Numbered from the stretch's first letter, positions 29,661 through 39,745 are shown. The stretch is DNA of 64,000 nucleotides from a virus (IMGVR_UViG_3300024346_000004); one strand, 5' to 3'. Translations and numbers: made by a program. The notes: a model not told the origin generated them from the sequence alone.

Positions 29661-30348
29661 TTCTATCTTTCATAATCTGATCTTGCATTTCATCAACTTC
29701 AGCTACAACATCAACAACTTCCCAATCGTCTGCTAACAAATCTTCATATTTTATCATTAGTGAATTTGTATACATTCCAATACCCAAGTCAGAATGCCAA
29801 CTCTTACGTCTAATTGTTTTTCCAGCATACATATCATCTAATACATCCTTGAATGTTTTAAAATGAAAAATCTCCCAATCCTCAGCGAATAAATCTTCAG
29901 CAGTGATTTTAACATTAGAATTATCATAGTTATCAGGAGGAAATAAATAAATCTTTGGATTGCCTTCTCTTGTAACGATCTTCCCATGTTTAAGCATATC
30001 AAGAGCCCAATTAATATCTCTTTTCAACCTAATATCATTCTCTTCAGCAAAAGTATCAAAATCACTACCAACGAACTTATTATTAAATTTATTCTTAGGC
30101 ATAGGTAAAATCTTCCAATTATTATAGTTCTTCCAATGATCAAACCTTACAGGAATCAAAAAATCTTGTGTATTTAAATCGTACAGGTAGAAATCTTTAA
30201 ATTTACAAGCGATTACAGAGGATGAATGATTATCTTCACCAAAAGCAAAATATCTTCCAGAGAGTAGAATTCTTTTAGCTTCTTCAAAAGTAAAATTTCT
30301 TCCCTTATAATCTATCTCATTTAAATAACCAAAATATTTCTTTGACAT
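29650..30348 (-). CDS. Tandem multi-domain DUF2829/Tad2-like protein (two clear units and one degenerate)
   Basis: FTFEEAKRILLSG..NWKIL / INWALDMLKHGKIVTR..DLFAEDWEIF / FKDVLDDMYAGKTIRRKSW..DLLADDWEVV. Confidence 0.8.
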   Translation of the reverse strand: MSKKYFGYLNEIDYKGRNFTFEEAKRILLSGRYFAFGEDNHSSSVIACKFKDFYLYDLNTQDFLIPVRFDHWKNYNNWKILPMPKNKFNNKFVGSDFDTFAEENDIRLKRDINWALDMLKHGKIVTREGNPKIYLFPPDNYDNSNVKITAEDLFAEDWEIFHFKTFKDVLDDMYAGKTIRRKSWHSDLGIGMYTNSLMIKYEDLLADDWEVVDVVAEVDEMQDQIMKDRNEY

Positions 30349-30407
30349 TTAAGCCTCATAACATTCTACCACAAAAAAATAAAGGCCTGATTTCTCAAGC
30401 CTTTTTT

Positions 30408-30653
30408 TCACATATTCTTTTTAGCTTCTTGGAGAGCTTCAATAAGTAGATCAAGTTCTTCTTTATCTAAAACAACTAAATCTGAATAAGCAAATCCATC
30501 AAAAAGAATTTTCAATCTTTTCTTCCAATTTAACTTGCCATCATTGAAACCATAATTCCAAAGAGAAATGTCTACAGTTTTGGATTCTGTATCAGGACGT
30601 ATATGTAAAGAATGACATAAACAGTCACAATTAATAATAGTAGTTTTATCCAC
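30408..30653 (-). CDS. Small hypothetical protein with a CxCxxH motif
   Basis: INCDCLCH..NWKKRLK. Confidence 0.7.
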   Translation of the reverse strand: MDKTTIINCDCLCHSLHIRPDTESKTVDISLWNYGFNDGKLNWKKRLKILFDGFAYSDLVVLDKEELDLLIEALQEAKKNM

Positions 30654-31236
30654 TTGTATATCCTATGTTTAACCTACGAATAAGATGAGTGAATCTATAA
30701 TTAAGCACAAGATGATAAAGAAAATAAGCACGTCTACCTAATGAAAAAGCACGGAATTCTTCTTGTGTTTTAAATACCTGAGTTCCATCCTCATATTGAC
30801 TAGGAACTCTAATACCCTCTTTAGCCCAATCTTTCTGCTTATTAAATCTTTTTTCAATTACAGATAAAAGAAACTCCCATTCTTCTTGAGTATATCGTTT
30901 TTCTTTTGGCTCTAAAAACTCATCAAATTCAATCTTCTTGTGAGAAAATGAACTTCTATGAATTACTACATAAATTTCTTGTTTGTTAGCTTTTTCTACA
31001 GGAGGTAAACTAAGATTAAAACCAACATACTTGGATACACAATACTCAGGAGCAGAATGATTTTTTACTCTCATTTGACCTGTTACTAAATCTACTACCT
31101 GATCGATACAATAATGATCATGGAATTCAGGAACAGCATCAGAATCTGTTTCAATCGATTCTACAAATTTAAACTCAGATTTAAACTTTTCTGTACTAGG
31201 AACATATCGCCAAAAAGAATGCCTAAACTTTGACAT
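30646..31236 (-). CDS. Hypothetical protein
   Basis: GGAG SD before MSKFRH. Confidence 0.7.
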   Translation of the reverse strand: MSKFRHSFWRYVPSTEKFKSEFKFVESIETDSDAVPEFHDHYCIDQVVDLVTGQMRVKNHSAPEYCVSKYVGFNLSLPPVEKANKQEIYVVIHRSSFSHKKIEFDEFLEPKEKRYTQEEWEFLLSVIEKRFNKQKDWAKEGIRVPSQYEDGTQVFKTQEEFRAFSLGRRAYFLYHLVLNYRFTHLIRRLNIGYTSG

Positions 31237-31766
31237 TAAATCATCTCCAAAGAATAGGAACAAAGAGAAGACCAATAACTAAGAGCTTTTTCCAAATTAC
31301 TAAGATCAACTTCTTCATCCTTGTACTTCCATAACATTGCTTGAAATACACAATGAAAAGAAAGGTTAAATAAATCTTCCTGGGCTTTTTCAGATAAATC
31401 CCAATAATAAACTGAATGAGGTGGTTTAATCTCTTCAATTAAACAAGACATAAGAATAGCATAATTAGCCAAATCAATTACTGTATCTTCAGCCTTTTCA
31501 GAAATAACCAAATATTCTTTTTCTTTGAGGAAATTTTCAAGGCGGGACATCTTATCACCAATTCTAACTAAACATCCTCGCCAAGCATCAATACCAGCAT
31601 CCTCACACTTGCGCAAATTACCCATAGGAAGACCAGTAGCAGAATAATCATTATCCTTAGCCTCATAAACACTCTGCATGTTATCAAGAATATCTAAAGC
31701 TGTTTCATTAGTAAATTTAGCTTTCATATTACTTATTGTTTGATCATAAAATTTATTTCTTGACAT
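31236..31766 (-). CDS. DUF1599 / nucleotide-modification-associated domain 1 protein
   Basis: AKDNDYS..NL..RIGDKMSRL..DTVIDLANYAIL. Confidence 0.85.
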   Translation of the reverse strand: MSRNKFYDQTISNMKAKFTNETALDILDNMQSVYEAKDNDYSATGLPMGNLRKCEDAGIDAWRGCLVRIGDKMSRLENFLKEKEYLVISEKAEDTVIDLANYAILMSCLIEEIKPPHSVYYWDLSEKAQEDLFNLSFHCVFQAMLWKYKDEEVDLSNLEKALSYWSSLCSYSLEMI

Positions 31767-32220
31767 CTAATACCTCAATACTGTCTGCAAATTGTATCAT
31801 GCACTTTTGAATTTTATCTAATCCCACTTTACCTTGAGAAAAATAAAGATGCCAACTAATAACACAATAAATATCGTCTTCAACACCTTGCGAAATTCCA
31901 TACCAAAATCCATTACTATATATAGGGAACTTTAAATTAGCTTCTTTAGGGAATGAAAGATGAATTATATAAAATAATCTATCTAAATATTTCTTATCTA
32001 CAATGAAAGTAAAATAAGGGATTGAACCTTTTTCTCTTCCTAATAAATGACCCTGACAACTCCAAATAGTCCAAAGCCAACCACTACTATTAATCTTATA
32101 AATAGAATCTTTAATCTTTGGATCTAATTTTACTCTTTGTTTTTTAAGAGATCTAGGATCATACTTCGATGGATGATCTATGTAATTTAAAAAACTAGTT
32201 AAGTTGTCAGGGTTATTCAT
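31753..32220 (-). CDS. TYW3-like fold protein (paralog of 42572..43045)
   Basis: LDPKI..IN..WT..SCQGH..PY. Confidence 0.6.
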   Translation of the reverse strand: MNNPDNLTSFLNYIDHPSKYDPRSLKKQRVKLDPKIKDSIYKINSSGWLWTIWSCQGHLLGREKGSIPYFTFIVDKKYLDRLFYIIHLSFPKEANLKFPIYSNGFWYGISQGVEDDIYCVISWHLYFSQGKVGLDKIQKCMIQFADSIEVLDVKK

Positions 32221-32221
32221 G

Positions 32222-33202
32222 TTATCTCTTAGGTGGTAATGAATTTTGCTTTACTTCAAAAACACCATTACCAACAAAATCACCAAGCGTTTTATATCCA
32301 CTGTACGAAACTGCTGAAGATAGCCCACCCCAAAGCTCATCTACAAGAACTTCAAGAGGACGCAATTCATCAACAATAGCTACTTCTTTACCCTCAGAAT
32401 GACGATATACTTTACCAGTGGAGAGAATCTGTTGCTTATGAGATGCACCACCCCAATAGTTTCCGTCTCCTCTTAAATGAGTTTCTGCTTCAAACGCTCT
32501 AGCAAAATACCCACCCATCATAACATAATCCGCTCCAGCACCAAATGCCTTAGCAGCATATCCAGCATTCTTAATACCACCGTCAGCAATTACAAATGGA
32601 CCTGAATCATAAGTATATTCTTCAATTTCCATGATTTCAGTAATTGGACCACGATTGTATCCAGTAGAATCATTAGTAGCACAAGGACTTCCACCAGCAA
32701 TACCTACACGAATATATTTATCATGCTTGGAATTTAATTTAATTTTTGAAAGCAACTCAAATCCAAGAGCTGAATGAACATTACCCAACATTAAATCATA
32801 CACTGGAGCAATCTGTTCTAGCTTTTCAGTACATTCAGTAATTTCTTTGTGCATATAACCATTAGCCATATCAATTAGCCATTTATCAGCACCACAATCT
32901 TTTAATGCCTTGACCCTATCCCAATCATTCAAACCGATAGATACAAATACATTAGCTTTATTAGGTAAAGAATTATAAAGCTCAACCTGCTCCTCAATAG
33001 AACAAAAACGATGAAGACAAACTGTAAGACCAAGCTCATTAGCCTTTAGAGCAAATGTTTTACCAACAATAGCTTCCATAGGAGAAACTATGATTCTATT
33101 TAACTCTACAGGAATATCTTTACGAGACTTAACTTTACAAGGTTGAGCTACAAGATTTACATCATTATAATAAATAGACTTAGACTTGAGAATTTCTGCC
33201 AT
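32222..33202 (-). CDS. guaC: GMP reductase / IMPDH family protein
   Basis: IDMANGY, GNV, RVGIAGGSPCAT, IADGGI, GADYVMMG; no CBS domains. Confidence 0.85.
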   Translation of the reverse strand: MAEILKSKSIYYNDVNLVAQPCKVKSRKDIPVELNRIIVSPMEAIVGKTFALKANELGLTVCLHRFCSIEEQVELYNSLPNKANVFVSIGLNDWDRVKALKDCGADKWLIDMANGYMHKEITECTEKLEQIAPVYDLMLGNVHSALGFELLSKIKLNSKHDKYIRVGIAGGSPCATNDSTGYNRGPITEIMEIEEYTYDSGPFVIADGGIKNAGYAAKAFGAGADYVMMGGYFARAFEAETHLRGDGNYWGGASHKQQILSTGKVYRHSEGKEVAIVDELRPLEVLVDELWGGLSSAVSYSGYKTLGDFVGNGVFEVKQNSLPPKR

Positions 33203-33779
33203 TTTTCTTACTTTCAATTACACAATCAATAACACCATACGTTTTGGCTTCTTCCGCACTCATGTAATAATCTCTATCACAGTCTTTAGCAATCTGCTTC
33301 TTCGTTTTACCAGTGGAGAGAGAAAGAATATCGAATAATTGATCTTCCAACTTATTTGTCTCATTAACCTGAATACGAATGTCAGCAGATGTACCACGAA
33401 AACCAGAAGATACCTGATGAATCATAATACGAGAATGAGGCAAAGCAGATCGAGTACCAGTACCACCAGCTAAAAGAATAGCTCCCATACTAGCTGCCAT
33501 ACCTACACAAGTGGTATTAACAGGAGCAGAAATTGTATTAATAACATCATACAAAGCTAATCCCGCACTAACACTACCACCAGGACTATTAATATAAAAC
33601 TCAATCGGTCTATGACTATCTTCCTTGTCTAAAAATAACATCTGAGCGATAATCAAATTAATAATATAATCATCTACCTCTTGCCCTAAAAAGATAATTC
33701 GGTCTTTAAGTAATCTAGACCAAATATCATAAGCACGTTCACCGGTAGATGATTTTTCTAATACTGTAGGAATAATCAT
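33180..33779 (-). CDS. clpP: ATP-dependent Clp protease proteolytic subunit
   Basis: DIWSRLLKDRIIFL, INSPGG, GMAASMG, IMIHQ, DRDYYMSAEEA. Confidence 0.97.
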   Translation of the reverse strand: MIIPTVLEKSSTGERAYDIWSRLLKDRIIFLGQEVDDYIINLIIAQMLFLDKEDSHRPIEFYINSPGGSVSAGLALYDVINTISAPVNTTCVGMAASMGAILLAGGTGTRSALPHSRIMIHQVSSGFRGTSADIRIQVNETNKLEDQLFDILSLSTGKTKKQIAKDCDRDYYMSAEEAKTYGVIDCVIESKKNGRNSQV

Positions 33780-33848
33780 AAACCTATTTTACCACACACA
33801 AAAAAAGAGAGGCATAAAATACCTCTCTTCCTTAAGTAAAATTATGAT

Positions 33849-34340
33849 TTACTTAATTTTAATTTTCTTTACTGTTTCTTTAAGCTCTTCTTCTTTAAAA
33901 ACAATCTTCTTAAAAGCTAATTTAAGAATACCAGCTTCTAAATGACAAACTTCAGGGTCAAGCTCAAGATTGTCTGGTAATTGAATTGTTCTTGTAAAAG
34001 CAGATTGCTTCAATTCTTTAAGATGATAGAAATAACTCTTCTCTCTAAGGATTCTTGAATTTCCAGTGATTGTTAAAAGCTTAGTTTCTTTGACAACTTC
34101 AATGTCAAGATCTTTTTCTTCAACACCGGGTACAGCAAAGTCCAAACAGAAATAAGAATCATCTTCAAAGATATCCATTTTTGGATAAGAAGTGTTGGAA
34201 TGAATAAAGTTTTTACGATTACCTAAAAAATCGTCAAAAAACTTGTTGATAATCTGTTCATGTTGATCCATGATCACATTACGATTGGGCATTAAAATTC
34301 TACGCTGAGGTAGATTCAATACATCATCAATACTAGCCAT
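33849..34340 (-). CDS. Small heat-shock protein (Hsp20/alpha-crystallin)
   Basis: YPKMDI..AVPG..FTRTIQLP..GILKL; GGAG SD before MASID. Confidence 0.9.
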   Translation of the reverse strand: MASIDDVLNLPQRRILMPNRNVIMDQHEQIINKFFDDFLGNRKNFIHSNTSYPKMDIFEDDSYFCLDFAVPGVEEKDLDIEVVKETKLLTITGNSRILREKSYFYHLKELKQSAFTRTIQLPDNLELDPEVCHLEAGILKLAFKKIVFKEEELKETVKKIKIK

Positions 34341-34445
34341 ATAATTCTCCATTTGCGCCCATAAGGTACGCTCTAAAATAGGTGTCTAAAAGATCACCTT
34401 GGTTAATAACCTATATATATAATACAACAAATAACAAGATTTTAT

Positions 34446-34709
34446 TCACCAAGAACCCAAATGCTTAGTAATTACACCATCAGGATTTCTACTAATACTC
34501 GCAACCCACTCACTACCATCAAACACCATAGGAAAATAAACCCTACCCTTAGTCCAAAGAGTAAATGGCTCTCCCTCAATAGAACCATATGTATCATCAA
34601 ATAAATAATCTAACCACTTACCATCATCTGGAACATAACTAACTACATCTTCCCATTTCTCATTATATTCAGACATACAATAAACTATCAAATCTCTCCA
34701 TCTAACCAT
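34446..34709 (-). CDS. Hypothetical phage protein
   Basis: FDDTYGSIEGEPFTLWT..VYFP..DGSEWVASISRNP. Confidence 0.75.
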   Translation of the reverse strand: MVRWRDLIVYCMSEYNEKWEDVVSYVPDDGKWLDYLFDDTYGSIEGEPFTLWTKGRVYFPMVFDGSEWVASISRNPDGVITKHLGSW

Positions 34710-34756
34710 AACACACCCCCAAGGATAATATACCTTTTATAAATAAATTAAAGATT

Positions 34757-37132
34757 ATGAACAGATATAGCCAGATGCAAAATAAACTAGTAAATCTACA
34801 CACGATGATTCAAGGTTTTGATTTCCAAATTAGAGACCTTAATATATCTCAAGAACAAAAAGAAATTGCTAAACAAACAATAAGAAAAATAGAAGATAAA
34901 TTATCACAAGCAAAATATGTATTCTCTATATCAAGCCAGGTATCTATTCATCATATATTACTAGACGGTATTGCTAACCCAGAACAAGAAATAACAGACC
35001 TACTATCCCCAGATGAATTGTCAGCAGCATTATTACTAGATATTAATAAAATGGGTATAACTGACCTAATAACACAAAAATATAATCCTAGAGAAACATA
35101 CACGAATAATAAAATACAAGATGCAAAAAAATTAACATTAGAATTCTTTAATCACATAAAAGAAATAAATAAAGGCAAAGAAAAATATCTACCTGAATTC
35201 CTTATCCTAGCATCTACATTAACAAAAGATATAAACGAAAAATATACAGAAGAAAATAAAAACCACATATTCTTCAACTCACCAATAATACCAGAATTGT
35301 TTAACGTATTACAAGAACAAAATTTATCTGGAGCAAGTGTACCAGAAGATATGGGATACCTAATCAAAACAGCTAAAACACTAAACACCGATACAAAAGA
35401 AATATGGGAAAATCCTTACAGCCCTTACTATAACACAAGACCATATACCGCTGTTCACTTCTTTGGAGCTAATATAAAAGATAATAATTTCTCATTTAAC
35501 AAAGAAAGAAAAAAATATGTGCTCGATAACTTAAAAGCACCTGTACCCCTAAAAGAAATTAAAGATAAATTAATCCGCCAAGGAATAAATTACCCAGATC
35601 TACAACCAGATGAAAAACAAATAAAAGAATATACTGCTAGAATAAAAAAAGAAACACTGAGAAGCACACTAACAACATCACAACATTTAGACGAAATTAT
35701 AAATGTCATTAAAGATGGACAAGTGAAAAAAATAGCTGTAAGAGACCTAATAAGAACATCAACACCCAAAGCTACAGAAGAAGCTATAGCTATGGACAAA
35801 TTAATAAAAGAATTAAAACCAGAAGATATAAAAGATCAAACATTCTTCAAAATGTATTATAACTATACTAAACCATATTTTAATGCTAAAAACTTCATCA
35901 GCTTACAAAATCTATACCTAGAAAATAAAAATCAAATACCTATAAGAGATATTAATATAATATACCCAGATACAAAAAACGATAAAGTATACACAGCTAA
36001 ATTATTACCTAAAAATAATCCTACATATCTCTTTGCTGGAAATATAACCGACTGCTGCCAAAAAATAAATGGAGAAGCTGAATCCGTGGTTTGGGACACT
36101 GCACAAAATATGGACTCCTGGATATTCGCTATCTTCGACGACTCTAATAAAATAATCGTGCAATCCTATATATGGAAATCTGAAGATACATACACAATAG
36201 ACAGCATAGAATCACAAATAAAAACTGTAGCTGAAGACAATATAATATTACAAGACTTCTTTAAAATACATCTAGCAAATATATATAAACAATTTGCAGC
36301 AGAATTAGGTGACCTCGTATTTATAGGAAATAATAATACACCAGCTACAAATATTAAAACATTATCACCAAAAGTATACGAAAGAGAATTCAAAAACCAA
36401 ACCGGAATATATAAAGGCGACTCAAGTAAGAAAAAACTATTCCATATGGACTATTCTAGTATAAACCTAAACGATAAACCAGATAACACAAAAGATAAAG
36501 AATTGTACCTATATAAATTATTCGCCGCATTTAGAAATTCAAATTATCAACAAGGCAAATATATATATGAACTAGGTAAAACTAAAACTGACTTTACAAG
36601 CATGGATCGAATTACACTAGAAATAGATCTATTCCAAAAAGCACTTAAAGAAGAATTCAATACAGAACAATTAAAACAAACAGACCTCTACCAAAACTTT
36701 ACACCTAACGCTGACCAAAAAATATATGATGAAATTATGAGATTGATTATAAATGACATAGAAACAAATTATCTATATGAACTAATCAACCTATATATAA
36801 GAACAGACGCAAAACAAAGATTACTTAAAATATTACGAGAATGCTTTGAATGGGGTCAAGAAAATCAAATATCCACTAATATCAAAACTAAATATCAAGA
36901 CATAATACAAGATCCAAAAATAACAATATATCAATACCTAAAAGATAATAATATCAAATACGTAGCAACATCAGGAAATATACACATACTCGATACAAGA
37001 CCAATAACACTAAGCCAAAGAATACTAGACATAGCTTACTTTAATAAAATCAATATCACACAAAGATCCGGCGACATAGAAAACCCAATAGAACATAAAA
37101 AAATATTACCTAACAAAATAGAAATAGAATAA
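34757..37132 (+). CDS. Large protein with a CCQ domain (paralog of 16731..20477)
   Basis: YTAKLL..AGNITDCCQ..QSYIW..IDSIE; AAGG-N19-TAAATT upstream; extreme A/C-ending codons. Confidence 0.8.
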   Translation: MNRYSQMQNKLVNLHTMIQGFDFQIRDLNISQEQKEIAKQTIRKIEDKLSQAKYVFSISSQVSIHHILLDGIANPEQEITDLLSPDELSAALLLDINKMGITDLITQKYNPRETYTNNKIQDAKKLTLEFFNHIKEINKGKEKYLPEFLILASTLTKDINEKYTEENKNHIFFNSPIIPELFNVLQEQNLSGASVPEDMGYLIKTAKTLNTDTKEIWENPYSPYYNTRPYTAVHFFGANIKDNNFSFNKERKKYVLDNLKAPVPLKEIKDKLIRQGINYPDLQPDEKQIKEYTARIKKETLRSTLTTSQHLDEIINVIKDGQVKKIAVRDLIRTSTPKATEEAIAMDKLIKELKPEDIKDQTFFKMYYNYTKPYFNAKNFISLQNLYLENKNQIPIRDINIIYPDTKNDKVYTAKLLPKNNPTYLFAGNITDCCQKINGEAESVVWDTAQNMDSWIFAIFDDSNKIIVQSYIWKSEDTYTIDSIESQIKTVAEDNIILQDFFKIHLANIYKQFAAELGDLVFIGNNNTPATNIKTLSPKVYEREFKNQTGIYKGDSSKKKLFHMDYSSINLNDKPDNTKDKELYLYKLFAAFRNSNYQQGKYIYELGKTKTDFTSMDRITLEIDLFQKALKEEFNTEQLKQTDLYQNFTPNADQKIYDEIMRLIINDIETNYLYELINLYIRTDAKQRLLKILRECFEWGQENQISTNIKTKYQDIIQDPKITIYQYLKDNNIKYVATSGNIHILDTRPITLSQRILDIAYFNKINITQRSGDIENPIEHKKILPNKIEIE

Positions 37133-38606
37133 AACAATAACACCCCTACATAAAAATATAGGGGTGTTTCTTTTTTAATACCACTAACAAAAACATATAG
37201 ATAAAATAAACATCACTGAGAAGAATAATACATCCAAAAAATAACCTGAAATCTTTACAATAGAGCAATAAAATATACCAAAGAATACAAATACCCTAAA
37301 CGAATAAAATGTTGCTAGAGATACCCCTTTTTTATACTTAACACCTATAATTACCCCCGTAGTATAAATGAAATAATAAAAAATCACATAAGGAAATATA
37401 ACAAGAGACCGTAAACGAAATATAATAAAAAAATTATACAGATTAGCTTTAGGATTAGAAAGGAGCTGGGAAGTATGAAAAATAAGATAATTAGACTAAA
37501 CGTAAAAATATAATTCTTATATAGGATAATTAATAAAATTACAGTGGATAGTAAATGACATAGATAACCCAAATTCAAAATACTATATAGAAAAAAAGAA
37601 TAAAAATAAAAATCACAATGGAGACTGAGTGGAGACTAAAACCCAATTACATAAGAAAGAAACAAAATAACCCATATAACAAAAAACAAAAATTCGAGCA
37701 ATTACAATATAACAATAATTAATTTCCCTATATAAGAAAATAAAAGAAATTCACTTGGTTCTCTACTAATAACAATAAAACACATTACTACTAACTAATC
37801 ACATAGGAAACGATTGATAATAGCTATTGATACATTTTAGCTTATGAGGATAAAGATTTTCGAGTGATTATAAGATTTTCGAGCAATTATAAGAGAAGAA
37901 TAAATAATTACATATAAGGGAGAATATTTAATTTACTATATAGAAGAAATACAAATTAACCTATATGAGAAAAAGAATATTCTAAAAGATTATATTTATT
38001 ACCTAAGAACGAATAATAACTAATAGACAATAAAATAAAATCTATCCAATACTACAAAACAAAAAACAATATACTACAAATGAAGAAAAAAAAATAAATT
38101 AATACAATAGAGAAAAAACAAATAATAGAATAAATAAGAACAAATAAATATCTATGAAATAATACAATAATAACGAATAAGTGGCTTTTTAATACGGGAC
38201 GGTTAATCAGCACACATTCAAACGTCAAACAATAATCGACAGTTAAACTATAAAATTAACTGTAATTGTTAACATTCTGTGTAGCTTCAAATAATTCCTC
38301 TAAGCTTTATGTATATTTCCGAACCTATTCTTCAATACTTACTTATATGTTGTTCCGCCTTATGTTTATTTTTATTTACGTTCGATTAAAATATCCACTA
38401 ATCTTATAGAATTTCGAAGCTAAATCATAAGCCCTATTCTTCTTCTATATATTTTTGTATTCTTTTAATGTCCCTTATTATATATTATTATTTCTACACT
38501 GTATATTCTAGATACCTGCTAGACATATTTTGTATAATATTGTTACCTATGTAGAAGTGTCTATATATGTATTCTATCCTAATTTGTTTTATACCTGCAA
38601 CTTTTT
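37133..38606. other. Non-coding strand-skew switch: putative replication origin or genome-end junction
   Basis: A-rich left half and T-rich right half; gene polarity inverts here; central hairpin at 38228-38270; 19-bp tandem repeats near 37853-37893. Confidence 0.65.
37853..37893 (+). repeat. Iteron-like tandem repeat AAGATTTTCGAG(TG/CA)ATTAT x2
   Basis: 19-bp period; related copy AATTCGAGCAATTAC at 37691. Confidence 0.75.
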
Positions 38607-39173
38607 ATGTTAACCGGCAATATCCATTCTTATATTTCGAGTTCTTTTGTTAATGGTCCTGGAAATCGTTTTGTATTATGGTTTCAGGGTTGTTCTAAAG
38701 GTTGTCTCGGTTGTTTTAATCCTGAGACTTGGAACGATAGACCTGTTTCTCTTTATACTGTTCAAAGTTTAATTACCATAATAGAAAAGATTAATCCTAC
38801 TGGCATTACTATTTCTGGTGGTGATCCTTTCGAGCAATCTGAATTCCTATTAGAATTATTAAAAGAGTTATATAAGAAAGATTATAAGGATGGGATTATT
38901 GTATTTTCTGGTTTTACTATAGATGAGATTAATAGTGATAATACTATGAGGGATTGTTTAAATTATCTAGACGTTTTGATAGACGGTAGATTTGTTAAGG
39001 ATTGTATAACTAAAGATGGTTTAAGAGGCAGTAGTAATCAGAATATAATTTATTTTTCGAGTAAGGTTAAAGATCTTTTAATTGATCAAGAAGTAGAAGT
39101 AGGTTTTGATTACGTTACTGGTTTTCCTCTTATAAATAGTGAATTAATAAAGTTAGGAATTCGAGTAAAGTGA
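38607..39173 (+). CDS. Radical SAM protein, anaerobic RNR activase (NrdG)-like
   Basis: NGPGNRFVLWFQGCSKGCLGC, ISGGDP, DVLIDGRF, RGSSNQ. Confidence 0.88.
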   Translation: MLTGNIHSYISSSFVNGPGNRFVLWFQGCSKGCLGCFNPETWNDRPVSLYTVQSLITIIEKINPTGITISGGDPFEQSEFLLELLKELYKKDYKDGIIVFSGFTIDEINSDNTMRDCLNYLDVLIDGRFVKDCITKDGLRGSSNQNIIYFSSKVKDLLIDQEVEVGFDYVTGFPLINSELIKLGIRVK

Positions 39174-39745
39174 CTGAAACAAGTAAGAGTTATAATTTAA
39201 GAATTAGAGAGTGTCATTTCGAGAAGTATTTAAATGGTAAGGGAATTGATATTGGTTCTGGTCCTGATCCTTTAGTAGTATTAGATGGCACTGTTAAGAG
39301 TTATGATTTTAAGCAGGGTGATGCGAATTTTATGGAAGATCAGAAAGACAACATTTATGATTTTGTTTATTCGAGTCATTGTTTAGAGCATATGAAGAGT
39401 GTTAGAACAAGTTTATTTAATTGGTGTAGAATTTTAAAGCCTGGTGGATATTTATATATTACAATTCCAGATTTCGAGTTATATGAGAAATGTAATTGGC
39501 CGAGTAATTTTAATCTAGATCACAAATTTTCTTTTTCGAGTAATTATAAGAGAAGTGATGTTAATAGAATTAATCATTATAATATCTCCGAGGATTTAGA
39601 GCCGTTATTAAATTCGTATAATGTTAATCTAATAGAAGCTGTATTACAAGATGAAGGTTATGATTATTCTTTACCAGCTAAGATAGATCAAACTTTAAAT
39701 GGTGCTTTGGTGCAGATTAATATTATTGGACAAAAAAGATTATAA
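39170..39745 (+). CDS. Class I SAM-dependent methyltransferase
   Basis: GIDIGSG, YDFVYSSHCLEH, RILKPGGYL. Confidence 0.9.
   Translation: MTETSKSYNLRIRECHFEKYLNGKGIDIGSGPDPLVVLDGTVKSYDFKQGDANFMEDQKDNIYDFVYSSHCLEHMKSVRTSLFNWCRILKPGGYLYITIPDFELYEKCNWPSNFNLDHKFSFSSNYKRSDVNRINHYNISEDLEPLLNSYNVNLIEAVLQDEGYDYSLPAKIDQTLNGALVQINIIGQKRL

Noticed and set aside
34341-34415. RNA thermometer in the hsp20 leader
   Set aside because: Small hairpins exist, but none clearly sequesters the GGAG SD and no ROSE or fourU motif is evident.
37184-37578. Two minus-strand hydrophobic ORFs in the skew-switch region
   Set aside because: The F/I/L/Y-rich translations are the expected artefact of T-rich low-complexity DNA; no SD or recognisable motifs.
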